Assembly: GCA_020536535.1 (NCBI GenBank)
Contig: JAHLWZ010000729.1
Coordinates: 10,116 to 74,115 of the forward strand
Direction: 5' to 3'
Origin: Pelomyxa schiedti
Lineage: Eukaryota; Protista; Evosea
DNA length: 64,000 nt
Made by a program: the position numbers and the translations under genes. Shown in pieces: positions 1-14,765 of this stretch; within the stretch, counting starts at the first letter, position 1, and each line of letters begins with the position of its first letter. The notes under the pieces were generated by a model. The model did not search any database, was not told the DNA's origin, and was given only the letters and a program-made list of their open reading frames with translations.

Positions 1-1729
1 ACGTGTGAATTATGTGACCCTGGATACTACTCACCACCTGGTTGTACAACTCCCGTACCATACATATTTCTTCGTAGCTTATCTGTGTTCAGAGTGCAGT
101 CAGTCACCAAACGGTTCATGCCAACCAGGAAGTTGCAAGCCAAAAAAAGCCTGTGAACCATGTTATCCTGGCTACTCCGCACCAAATTACGGCAGTAGTA
201 ATTGCACTGCATGTACCGCTGGGTCAGAGGCTCCAGACTATGGAACTATTAATTGTACTTTGTGCCAACCTGGATATTATAGTCGGAAAGAGGGTACCAG
301 TGATGTAATTTCACTTGTCATTTTCGTCTTCATATAATATATGTGGTCCTCTAGTCGTAGTAACTCCATAAAACAGTGTTCGGCCTGTGATCCTGGCTAC
401 CATGCTAGTGGAGAAGGTATTGTGCTAGAGTGTTGGAATTCCCTGTTCTAACAGTCACCTCATCACACCGCAGGATCGTCGGAGTGCCTAATGTGTGGTG
501 CTGGTCAATATGCGCCAGAGGGCTCTCCGGAATGTAGTTCTTGCTCACCAGGTTCCTACAGTGCTGCTGGCGCTGGCGCCTGCACTGCTTGCTCCCCAGG
601 GTAATTCCTACACCTATAGCCACAATTCTAATCAAGTCTAGGACGTACCAACCGCAGAACAGCTCAAAGCAATGCTTGGATTGCAATCCAGGTTGGTTGA
701 CAAGAATATCCTCCATTTTGAGAAATCTATAAGATTTGCATCAGTGAGGGATACCTCAACACCATACTTCCCTCAAAACGATAATTGTTTACACAAAATG
801 CAGGGACCTATGCGTCAGGTAATGGCTCCACGTTATGCACGGACTGTGACCCAGGGACATACAATAATCAAACGGGGAAGTCTCAGTGCGAGTGAGTGGA
901 AACTCCACAACGAAATTTGAAAAGATAAGTTTCCTCAACATAGAAATTGTGGCCTGGGCACATACTCTGCAATACAAGGTGCCCTTAATTGTACAAATTG
1001 TACTCCTGGGACGAGCTGTGGTATTTCAGGCTGTGCCACATGTGAATCTTGTGATGATGGTTGGTATCAATCACGTGAGGTGAAAACTTTTGCATCCCGA
1101 ATTGCACACTTAAGACCCACCAGGGACAGGCTGGTTGTTTTCCTTGTTACGCGGGGACTTATTCAAATGAAAACGAAACTGATTACCTTTTTTGTAAGAC
1201 CTGCCCTGCAGGAACCTATTCTGATGTAACGTATGCAAGGATTAAATTTTTCCTCTCTCGTCTGACATTTCCTTGCGGCCATGTAGGTATGCATCATGTG
1301 TCGACTGCAGTCCAGGGTACTATTCAGCCAAGAATGGCTCTGCTTTTTGCTCACCCTGCGCATCCGGTACAAATTCCCTCGGCTCTGCTATGTAACTAAA
1401 ATAACGGCAGGGAACTATTCCAGTGACTCCGCTAGTACAAGTTGTGCAGAATGTGGAAATATGATGACTTCAGCAGAAGGAAGTGCTGTATGTAAAAAAC
1501 AAATAATTTCTGAACACTACTAATTCCAAAAACAAAAAAGGGGTGCAAACCCACAGTTCAACTATGGGTTATCATATTTGCGGGACTTGTAGTTGCGATT
1601 GGAGGCATAGGTGCAACAATGTGGCTTGTTGTGCGATACAAGAACCGGCGTGCAAAGACCACCCGCCTGATTGAGATTGAGAACATAGTTCCATGTCCTG
1701 AGGATGGCCCTGTGTACAGGGGTGATTAA
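1..1729 (+). CDS. 3' part of a multi-exon Cys-rich repeat (TNFR/GCC2-GCC3/ephrin-receptor-like) single-pass membrane protein; 5' end outside the window
   Basis: Repeated C-x2-C-x-(P/A)G-x-Y units across many small exons (CEPCYPGYS, CTACTAGS, CTLCQPGYYS). Last exon encodes a TM helix (LWVIIFAGLVVAIGGIGATMWLVV) followed by basic RYKNRR and TAA at 1727-1729. Confidence 0.8.
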
Positions 1730-1926
1730 TAGGATCACCAAGAGCGTTTGTTACCAAACGGTTCAAATACCTTGTAACTTTCTTTTTATTTTTTCGACTA
1801 ATAACAAAACCACTTTTTTTTTATCCACAGCATAGTAAATTAAGAACGGAGTTAAGAGGATTTCCTGATACTAGTATTAGAAGGCTAAATAGCCAAAAAC
1901 CAACCTTGTTTCTGGGAACTTCAACA

Positions 1927-3732
1927 TCACAAGGAAGATAATGGCCAGGGAGCTGTGCATACTGGACATGCTTGTGTGATTCTCATCCACCGCGATATAC
2001 AGTGTGCATGAAACACATGACCACATACACCGGCAGCAATCCCACACTGTGCCGCTTCACCATTAGAGTGGTCTGATTGTTCTTGGAGAAGCCTCCCTCC
2101 TTGTTCCTGCTCCTCATCACCGCTGCAAACAATGCAGCTCTGCAACATGGTGTTGTAGCATATGGCACAAAGCTCCGGCTGGGTGTTGTATTCGGCCACG
2201 ATGTCAAAAGACTGGAGTCCCAAGAATGGGCAATCAGAAGGTGAGCCGGGTGCCTGGCTGCGGTCGTGTACCCTTGCGGGTGAAGGCGGGATGGAGCACA
2301 TTGTGTGAATATTCATTACCGGGGGTTCACTGCGTATGGAGAACTGTGTGTTTAGATAGAGAGCGGTTTCGTGGTTGCAGTCCATTCCATAGAGAAGGCT
2401 GGCATTAAGGAGCCTGTGAATGCTAGGTATCAACAATGAGTCTGGTTTGCACCACCGGCGCAAGTCGGACAGTGTACAGCCACCCTGTGTGTTGGTTTCC
2501 TCTCCCGTTACTGTCTCAGTGCTGCCACTTGCGTGGGGGCCTATGCTCTTAGAACAGGCATGAACACAAGACTGCAACACACAGAAATCCACAAGTGGCA
2601 ATCTCAAGCCATACTCAGCCCCAGGCCTTGGTGCATAAGTAGCCACAACGCTTGTAAGTAAGGAACTTACAGTCAAGTTTTCACCGCAGCAAGACCGGCA
2701 CAATCCCCCCACGCAGGAAACAAATGATACAACTCTCCTGTCTGACCAGCTCACGGGTATGTGCTCCAAGATGATCTCGCCTCCATCAAACGTGAAATTC
2801 GCCGATGGCGTCGCGGCGGTGGAAGGAGGCTCCTGCGGGGTGTCATATCCTGAGGCTTGTAGGAGGGATTGTGCAAGGTGCGGAGACTTCCGCTGAGCCC
2901 TTTTGGGCCTGGAGCAGAGTAGAACCACACTTTGCAAGGAGGCACCGAGGAGAGAGTCTGAGGATAGGGAGCAGGCTTCCATCCTAACCAGGATTGCGCC
3001 GTGGGAAATTTTGAACGGGGACGAAAATGCCCTCGTGCAGATGATAATGGCCCTGCCGCATTCCCTGAGGTTAGCGTAAACAGGTAGCATTGGCATGTCT
3101 TGCAGCAAGGCACCTATTTGCTTCCACGCGGCCACGCAGCACACAGAGGCTCTGCTTCCGCGAGGCAGAGATGCCATTTGCCTGGCCGCGTATTTCACCG
3201 CCAGGAGGCAAGAGTCCCTCTTCTTCCTGTGCAGGAACCAGGCGCATTCCATTGCCGCGGTCTTGAGCCCCCGATCCACATCGGCCGCGGCGGCCGGTTC
3301 CGACTCTGGCGACTTGGGCTTGGGCCCCGACCCGGCCAGGCACAGCCGAGAAATGTGCACGAACGCGCAAAGAGCCGCGCAGGCGCCGTGGGAGCGCGAC
3401 TTGAGAGACAGAATTGCCCGGCCAAGGTCGCCGTTGTGGACGGCCTCGAGGGCCATGGTCAGAGCTTTGGCGGTTGGGAGCAGGCCATACACCAAGGCAC
3501 AGTGCCGGTCCTCGGCAGTCTGTTGTTGCGGTGAGGGCGTTGGCGAAGTGCGATTGTGGGAGGGGCCACTTGGTGTGGTTTTTTCAGGTGGGGCAACGAG
3601 GATGGCGCGGTGAGTGGCGTGACAGCAGATAGACAGGTGCTTGATGTCACGAAGGCTGAGGAAACTCAGGATGGTGCCCAGTGCTCGGCCTCTACCAGTA
3701 GGTTTATTTACGAATGCCTCAAAGTCCACCAT
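1927..3732 (-). CDS. Intronless 601-aa protein with N-terminal F-box-like motif and C-terminal RBX1/APC11-type RING-H2 finger
   Basis: C-terminus CAICYNTMLQSCIVC...CGIAAGVCGHVFHAHCISRWMRITQACPVC..W matches the Rbx1/Apc11 RING pattern. N-terminus LGTILSFLSLRDIKHLSICC resembles the F-box consensus. Confidence 0.8.
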   Translation of the reverse strand: MVDFEAFVNKPTGRGRALGTILSFLSLRDIKHLSICCHATHRAILVAPPEKTTPSGPSHNRTSPTPSPQQQTAEDRHCALVYGLLPTAKALTMALEAVHNGDLGRAILSLKSRSHGACAALCAFVHISRLCLAGSGPKPKSPESEPAAAADVDRGLKTAAMECAWFLHRKKRDSCLLAVKYAARQMASLPRGSRASVCCVAAWKQIGALLQDMPMLPVYANLRECGRAIIICTRAFSSPFKISHGAILVRMEACSLSSDSLLGASLQSVVLLCSRPKRAQRKSPHLAQSLLQASGYDTPQEPPSTAATPSANFTFDGGEIILEHIPVSWSDRRVVSFVSCVGGLCRSCCGENLTVSSLLTSVVATYAPRPGAEYGLRLPLVDFCVLQSCVHACSKSIGPHASGSTETVTGEETNTQGGCTLSDLRRWCKPDSLLIPSIHRLLNASLLYGMDCNHETALYLNTQFSIRSEPPVMNIHTMCSIPPSPARVHDRSQAPGSPSDCPFLGLQSFDIVAEYNTQPELCAICYNTMLQSCIVCSGDEEQEQGGRLLQEQSDHSNGEAAQCGIAAGVCGHVFHAHCISRWMRITQACPVCTAPWPLSSL

Positions 3733-3960
3733 TGGTTGGTATTTTTTTTCAACTATTATTCTTGGAAGAATTCTAAGATACCTTCTTAAAAGGGAGTGGC
3801 AAGTTGCGGCCGCCTTCTCCGTGTGCTACAGCAATGTAGCTGGAGACGCAAGTTGTGTGTGCATTTAAACAATCCCACACTCTTTTGAGTGGCATCAGAA
3901 TGGTTTCGGTGTGGGGGAGAGAATCGGTACCAAGAAAAGTAAAGTAATGTTTTAATTGTG

Positions 3961-6498
<2,538 letters not shown>

Positions 6499-6712
6499 CT
6501 TGGGAATACGGTCGCGTGTGTCGTTGGTTGAAGCGAAACGATTGTTTTGAACTTTGGAAAAATGGCAGAAGAAAACGAAGGAAGGGGTTTGTTTCTTTGT
6601 TTTTCTGTGTGGTTGGTGTTGAGGGTGTGAGTGTTCGCTGTTGGGCGAATCACTATCAATATTGAATGACTATTGGTGTGTGTGTTGGGGTGTGTTGGGT
6701 TTTGTTTTGGGT

Positions 6713-8998
6713 TTAGGGGTTGTGTGTGGGAGTTGTGGTGGTTACAAGGGGAGAATTGCTGGGTGGAGTTTGTTGGGCTTGTGGGTTTGCTGGGAGTTGT
6801 TGTTGTTGGGTTGGTTGCAGTGATTGTGCGGGTGCAGGGGTGATGGCCATTGGTTGTTGTTGTATTGGTGTGGTTGTTTTAGGGGCAGGGGCAGGCACAG
6901 GAGCGGTTATGGGTTTGGGTGCGGCTGCAGGAACCAGAAGCGGTTCAGTTGATGATGGTGGTGTGATTTGAACTTGCGTTGGTGTTGGAGGTAGTGCTCG
7001 AGTGGGTGTTAAAGATTGAAACGGCGCCTGTATGGGCCTTAGTATTGGTGAAGCCTTGGGACTGGGTGGGCTTGTTGGAGTTTCCGGTGTAGGTGGGGAA
7101 GGCACTGATATGTTTAACTCAGGGGTTGGGGTGCGATGAGGGGTGAACCCGGAACGGGACCTCGAACTCATCCTGCTTGGTGTTGAGAAACCGGAATTTA
7201 ACAGGGGAGGTGAAGAGGCTGCTATTGACGCCAGTGTGGAGGAAGAAAGGGACTTGGCCTTGGCGAGTTGTGTCGAGAGGGGTGGTCGTGGAGCTGCAAC
7301 TGGTCCCAGTGGCGTTAGGTTTGGGGGTGATGGCGAGTTTTCGTGGGCAGGTACTGTAGTTGGTAACGATGATTTACTGGGGGTAATTGGTGGGCTATTT
7401 GGTGTGACGGGGCTGGCTTTAGGCACTGAAGGAGAAAGTGGTGGGGATAATGATCTGGTTGCAGGAAGGGTGTCATCAGGAGAGGGTGTTTTGAGAGGTC
7501 TGGTTCTCGGGACAGATGTTGATGCTGCTGCAGTGGCAATTGCGTTGGCAGAGTCAGTTGTACTCTGGGAGGTTTCTTCATCGGATAATTCGTTCTTGTT
7601 TTTCTTGGGTCTGCCTCGTGGCCTTGGTTTCTTCTCAGTTTCATCAGGGAGGGGATTTTTGCGTGGTCTCCCACGCTTTCTTGGCGTTGTTGAAGGTGGG
7701 GTTGTTGTACTTGTTCCACTGGACTTCGGAGGAGTGGTTGATGGTGTTTTTGGGGTTTTAGGTGTTGCGGGACTTTCAGGGTTTTTCCTTGGCCTCCCTC
7801 TCTTCCGTTTCACTTCATTCTTCGTATCTTCAGATGGAAGGGGATGCTTACGGGGTCTTCCACGACCTCTCTTGGGAACTGGTTCGGTACTTTGAATTGG
7901 ATCCATGAGTAGAGCCACACTGAGAGGTAATTTCTTACCAGTAGGGGGAAATATTGAGGCCTTGGTTGGGGCTAGGTATTTTGATTGATGGAGTGTGGAG
8001 GCCAGATTTGCCACTGCAGTAAGCTCAGGTGCACAGGAAGTTATTACTGCTGAAGTAGGGGCCACGTTCACCTGCAGACTGCTTGTATAACCCTTTTTTG
8101 CATCTGAATCACTTGACAGGCGTACAGGAGACGGAAGTACATTGCTATGTGTAGACTTCAATTCTGGAAGTTGCTTTGGAGGGGAGACTCCAGAAGACGT
8201 TCTTCGGCGCTTAGTTGATTCTACAGGTTGTTCACCGTAATCATCATCTTCTTCGTCCTCTTCCACTTCATCATAGTCATCATAGTCACCACTGAAGTCA
8301 TTGTCACTATTTCCACCGCCTTCACCGCCTCCATTATCTCCTCCTCCACCAGTGCCACTACCGCCAACATTGGAGGCACCACTTGAACTTCCAGATGATC
8401 CACTTGAGTTCGTGTTAGTGCTTGTAGAAGAGCTACCTCCAGAAGAAGTGGGTGCAACACTCGAACCACTCTCGCCCCCATCATCGCGAGGAATCCCAGT
8501 TATGAAGTACTCATATTCCTCGTTCCACTGTTTGTTGTCCAACCGTGATTCAAAGGAAGCCCAACGGTGCAAAGCATTTTTATTGTTATCTGCATTGCAG
8601 TACAAAGAGATGTGAGATATTTTCCTGCGAGATAAACAATAAACCTTTGAGTATCCTGGAAACAGACTGGCGTAAACTAAAGCACTCAGGCTTTGCGTAA
8701 CCTATGGAAACAGGGCCCAGTAAAAATGTGATGTCCTCAACACATGAATACAACACCAATGTTTTAGTACTATTAATTGCCTGACAGCGTTTCCTTTTCA
8801 GCTGTGATGCTTTCATGGTGTCACAACGTTACAAGAGAAAAGGGATAAAAAAAAAACCCAGTAGTACACAAAAGTGGGGAAAAAAAAAAAAAAAGAAACA
8901 AACTTGAGGGGAAAAAAAAAAAAAAAAAAAAGAGGACGAGAGAAAAACAAACTTCTATGGATCGGCTCCCTCCGATGAACAACGATGGACACCGTCAT
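6713..8998 (-). CDS. AT-hook DNA-binding protein with acidic patch and long Pro/Ser/Thr-rich tail; small 5' exons uncertain
   Basis: Four AT-hooks in ORF 6713-8605 (KRGRGRPRK, KRGRPRK, RKRGRPRK, RPRGRPKK). Probable start MTVSIVVHRR at about 8998 followed by a T-rich intron. Confidence 0.75.
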
Positions 8999-9099
8999 CT
9001 TTTTTTTTTTTTTTTTTCTTTTTTCCCTGCCCCATTTTCCGGCTTGTCCAAAAAAAAAAAAAAAAGAAAAAGGAAAAAGAAGAAACATGTGATGTTGGT

Positions 9100-11900
9100 T
9101 GAATGGTTCCCGATCTGTTATCTGTTCCATAACCTGACAGGAGAACCTACTGGCGGAGTGCAAAAGGGAAGGGATCCCACAAGTGAGGGCTGGCTCCTGA
9201 AGAGTCATACCTAGAAGATGTCGTGGTAGAGGAGCAGGGCCTGGTGCAGTTGCAAAAGTCTATTAGATCCCGCAAACCACGACAGCTCGCCGGGGTCGTA
9301 CTCTATCTCAGGCTTGGTGACTTCTACATTGAGCTTCGCGATGAGCTTCCTCTCGGCAAGGAGAACCAGCCCTGGTACCGTGTAGGCTCGTGCCAGTGTG
9401 ATTATCTGTTGAATGTATTATGGGTTTGCTACTCGTTTTGCTATCTGAACAGCTTGGTGGGGGCTTTTTGTTTTTGGTGTTTCTGGGAGAAAAGATTGCA
9501 TACATCCATGAGGTCTTGCATTGACAGTTGGTCAGTGGAAAGCTTGTCAGTGTAACAGTAATGCAGAAGGCATTTGAGTGGTGTTTCCTTGACACTCAAA
9601 GTGATGCAATTACCAAGGGAGCCTGTTTAGTTTCTGCGGTGAGAATTTTCGTGTTTCGTGCATAGAGGAATGGTTTTGGGAACCTGATATGAGCTTCTTT
9701 AGGAATGGAACCCTGGCATAAAGAATCAAGGCGTGTGCCCTGAGGGTGGTTCCCTCCACGCAAATTGACAGATCCTCAGTGGTAGCATCATTTTCAAGAG
9801 AGGCTATATCAGAGGCCTGTGAGCCTGGTTTTACAATCTTGAAAATTGTTGCTGTTCATACCAGAAAAGAGGGTACTGGTTCGACAATTTCTTTCATATT
9901 AAAGGGAATAACGATAGAGGGGACCTCAAAGGAATTGTACAAGTATCGGGCAATTGGTGCGCCAGATTTGACGTAAAGCATGCTGTCTTTGATTTCCTGG
10001 GCAGTTCTTTTGAATTACGTGATGTGAGATTTGAGGCTGTTCATTACTCCACCCTCCTTTACCTACAAACATTCCACACGCGTACATCACGAATAAGCCC
10101 AAGAAATGGATTGGAATTGTCAGAATTCTTTCCAATAAGCATGGAAGAATCTGTCCGTAAACTTGGAGAAAAGAACTTCCCTTGGTGAATATCACACTTG
10201 CCGTTGACATAAAATCTATTTGTTTATTTGTATACCCCGAGTGACTACGGTCCTGGTACATACCGTACAGTTTCGTCGGTGGCGGACCAAGTGAAAGCCA
10301 CATGCACCCACTTCTCCGCAAGAGGGAAAGGATGCGGGATGTCTAAAGTATGTTTCATTGCGGCCATACTCAAGTTCACTCTGAGCGATTCCTTGAATAT
10401 TCCCAAGGAAAATCCGTCACTTGGTGAGATCCCACCTGTGTGTGCTAGGTAAGAAGGGGGGAAATGGCGTTGCAAGGAAGCTTCTCGCATACCACAGTGC
10501 AGAAGTTGCATGCCAAAGGTGTTTCCGAAAACCTAATAAAAAATTAGAAGAAAAAAATTAACATTGTTACGTACCCCAACATCTTCCATCCTGAACCATG
10601 TTTCAACAGTCAAAGCCCTTGTTTCCGTGAAGGGGCTCCTTCCCACACTGAAACCAGTTCCAGAGAACTTGGCAGCCTTCACCAATAACCGAAACTCGTC
10701 AGAGGCATCGCCACATTGACCACACAAGTCTTGAGGCGTGGAAATTGCGGAGCCGTCCCAGTTGCGGAGGAACAGAGGTTTAACAAGTGTTTTAGTCTCT
10801 GCGTCGTTCCACAGGTACCGAAACAGTACACCCTCTGGAATTGGCAATTGGATCCCCTGCATGCTTGCAAGTATTTGCTCGGAAGTCCTTTTGGATATTA
10901 TTCAAAATGTTAAGGCAAGCGGCACAATTAACAAATAGTTACCTTGCAACAGTCCATATTCGTACATCACGAATAAGGCCCTTGAAGTCATGACCAGGGA
11001 TGCCTACGTTGGTGCCAATACCCAGTTGCTGGGCAGTTGGAATAAACGGGTCTCGAAATGTGCCCGATCTGGACTGCCTTTGTCCATTCAAGTAGGACCT
11101 TTGTAAATACTCAATACTCGATGTATGTGCAATGTCTGGCTTACACAACGTTGTTGCCGTCCCAAGTAAAAGCAGCGTGAGTCCATGTCTCCATAATCGA
11201 GGACACCCCTCGGGAACCAAAACCATTATCTACTATTGTCTTGGTGGTATTTTGGAGTTCAATCCTCATATCTTAGGGGAACAAAATTGAGGGGAATGGG
11301 AAAAAAGGTGAATAAAGACATACTGCCCTCATACAAGAAGAGTGAAAATCCAGGTGTAGACCAGCCTCCCCCACAATTTACAACATGTTGGCCACTTCCT
11401 CCACTCAATGTGCTACCCTGGGTGTTTATTGTTGTTATTACTTGTGGTTGATGGATGTGTGAACCGAAATGAAACGAAACAAAACGAAATGAATGGGAGT
11501 AAATACCGCACGAAGTTTGAACCAAGCTTCAACAGTGAGGGCGGAGCACTTCCCAAATGGGGGTGAAATGGAAATGGGGTTACCAAACTCGACACAATAG
11601 TGTCCCTCTGGTGCTCTAGTTCTATTGTGAGAATTCACTGGCAAAAGGGTCGCGATAGAATTGTGCGCACAGAAGTGCGTCTGCTGCCATGAGTACGAAA
11701 ATGTTGGTTTTTATTTTAACCGTCGAGAATGGTTCCCGTCTGTGGATTATGATCTTCTACATGAGGGATTACTGAGGTCAGAACCGCCTTGGAAGATGTG
11801 GCATACAGACTTCCCCCGACTGGCAACAACTAGGGGCTCCAAGCCTACCAGACGTTTCGCTTCAGGAACTGGTACCAGATGAAACTGCAGTTGCTCTAGC
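9100..11900 (-). CDS. Protein with two LamG/concanavalin-A-like domains and a C-terminal BTB/POZ domain; multi-exon, ends approximate
   Basis: LamG motifs ALTVEAWFKL / ALTVETWFRM, WVHVAFTW and GLIRDVR-x-W twice. BTB signature EDLSICVEGTTLRAHALILYARVPFLKKLI at about 9690-9780. Confidence 0.75.
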
Positions 11901-12078
11901 AGATAAAATGAAAGCTGTCAGGGGGCACCCCCAACGAATAAAAATGAAACGACGTGCCCTGGGGTGTCGTGGGGTCGGAATGATTTTTAATGAGGCGTGG
12001 AAAATGTACTCCAACAAATCAATATAGAACAACAAAGCAGTAACAAAGCAAAAACCCAGCGTATAGTACATAAACAAA

Positions 12079-13546
12079 ATGGCATCAACAGCAACACCCG
12101 CAAGCGGTGATGTTCAAGTTCTTCTTGTCAGTGGTGGGTCCTACGCCCCGAACAAAAAAACCAATGAGCTTACATTAAATATTCATTAAATATTTACTGG
12201 TAATACCTTAATTTCAAATATATTACCGCAACAAAGAATAACCATGTTTATTAGTTATTGAAGCCTCTGGGATAAAGAGCACCAATGTAATTGGAAAGCA
12301 GTCGGACTCCTTTGTGACTGTTCATGTTAACGAGAAGTTGGTGGCCCAGACCAGAATAGTTGAAGGCACTCTGTCTCCCAAATACAACGAGATCCTAAGG
12401 GTCCCGCTATCTGCGAATATCATTCAGGACACTGTGCAGATATTTGTATATGGTTCACACTGGTGGAGCAACGAATTTATTGGCCGAGTCGAAATTCCTG
12501 CTCCCATTGTTGCTCTTATTCTGAACTCCGCTCAGCGTGACACTTGGCTGAAACTTCTACCTCCTCAGAGGTGCATTGACCCAAAGAACCGGTATCCCGG
12601 CTTCATCCACCTTGGATTTGCTGTGGACACATCCGGCGAACCTGTTCCTGCCCCGCTGCAGTCCCAGACCTCGTCTTCTCAAAGACAGGCCTATCCTGCA
12701 CAACAGTCCACACCCACTCTACTGAGTTCGCCAAAACCGAACCCGTTACAGTGTGTGGCAGAGTGCCCCATTTGCGGCATTATGTACCCTCAGAGCATTA
12801 TCGAGGAACATGTTAACTCCTGCATTGAGGAGAAGCACTGCGACAAGCCAAGCGAGAAGAAGACCGAGGAATCTATTTATCCTCCCCCATACGTCCCTCC
12901 ACAGGGCCCCACTGGCTCTAATGCACCTTCAGCTCCGTTCTCCCAGCCATGTGCCTTCCCTCAGATGTATTTCCCGGGGCAACCACAACTTGTAACTCAG
13001 CCGCAACTGACACAGTTATATCAGCAGCTAGTGCCCTTACCTGCACAGCAGCCTGAACAGCCACTGGGACCCCAACAATTTTTCGCACAGCACCCGCAGA
13101 TGATACAATCCCAGCAGCTGCTACAGCTTCAAGCACAAGCGCAACAGCAACAGCAGCTACAAGCGCAGCAGCGGCAATCACAGCCGCAAATGCAGCCCCA
13201 GCAAGAATCCACACAGCAACAGCAGCAGACACTAATCCAACTTCTCCCGCAACCACCACAACAAACCCAAGCCCAAGCTCAACAAGCCCAACTCCAACAA
13301 CAAGCACTGATTCAACAATTCTTACAAGCTCAGGCACCCCCACAACAACAAGTCCAGTCTTACATACAACTTCCTTCACCTCCCCCGGTTCAATTGATGC
13401 TCCCACCACAAACCCAGAACCAAACACAAACACTCCCACAACAACAAGCACCATTATATCTTGGTCCCTGTGGATACACTTCCTCTCCAACATCCCCTTC
13501 CCCCTACGGAATCCCACAACCATACACAAACCAGAAATTACTTTAA
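12079..13546 (+). CDS. C2-domain protein with UBZ-type zinc finger, PPxY motif and Gln/Pro-rich tail
   Basis: ATG at 12079, intron about 12134-12253, then VIEASGIK..SDSFVTVHV..QTRIVEGTLSPKYNE..EFIGRVEIP (C2). CPICGIMYPQSIIEEHVNSC (C2HC UBZ); YPPPY; polyQ. Confidence 0.85.
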
Positions 13547-13672
13547 AGCACCTCACTTTTTGACTGTAAAAAACCAACGCACCACCTTGTGAGACTGAAA
13601 ATAAAATTTTCTTTCTTAGTTTGTTTATGCTCTTTCATCTCAAATATACTCCTGGCCGAATGTGTTTTGGGT

Positions 13673-14709
13673 TCAGAGAGTGTCTGTGTGAGTTGCTGTT
13701 TTGAAGTACTGCTTGACAGATTCCATAGACAGTTCAATACCAGTGGTTTGGAGATGCGGTTGTAAGTTGTGAGTGATTAGGAGGATGTTGCGCATCACAG
13801 GCCGGATGATGTTATCCATAACTTGTTGTTGTGGGATATATTCACACATTCGCTGGAAAAGCTGTGGTAGTATAGTCTTGAGGGATTCTTCTAGCTGCTT
13901 GCTTGCTTGTGCAATTCCCTCTGTGAAGAGAGTTAGGGCGGGAATGACATTATTAGAGAGGTTGTACCAGATGCGGTTGATTTGGTTTGTTGTGCCTTGG
14001 CAAGCAAACTTATCAACCCTTGGGCAAGGTGTGTGGTGGTAAGCATGATAAGCTGCTCCGCTGTAGTGGCGATAGCCCTGTCCATCTCCTATTATGTGAT
14101 TTTTCGAGCTTGTTTAGGGCACCATTTAATGAGTGGGAGACCTTCTTGCTATCAATTTTATTAGTCTTCACTTGTGGCGCAAAAGTACCCAAAGAAAACA
14201 GAGAGCTAAAGCCTCCCGAGAGAACTTGTTTCAATTCAACTTTTTTTTTCCCCTCTTAGTTGAGAATTGGAGCTTATTTGTTTGTTTCGGAACCTGTTAT
14301 GTGTGAAAAGTCAAGGTATCCCTCTGTATATGTGAGTGTGACATCGAAAGGAGCAATTTGCTCTCGGAGAATCAGCAGCTGTTGAAATAAAAATAGTACT
14401 CCATCAAATTTATCCTACATAATGAGAACCGAGGATGTTATATTGCACAGATGGGATACCTTTCCAACGACCATTTTGCTTGCTCTTGTTAGAGCTTCCA
14501 CGCAAGCAGAAACAGCTTCTTGAGCTAGACCCTCGAAAACGACTGTCTATGAATAAGTGTGAGTTTAGTGTATAACCGGGGAAAAAATACCTCAACGGAA
14601 AGGTAGAGCTTTGAGAGCAGCGTTAACGAGGCTTGAAGAGTTGGGTACCATTTTTCGTACTGAATTTGGCCAAGTGCTGTAACTGTTTCCCCTTTACTAG
14701 CATTACGTT

Positions 14710-14765
<56 letters not shown>

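Noticed and set aside
6720-8615. Long plus-strand Gly/Val-rich ORFs (also 12918-13577, 22698-23494, 37215-38093, 42591-42998)
   Set aside because: Antisense shadows of Pro/Thr/Gln-rich or GC-rich real genes.
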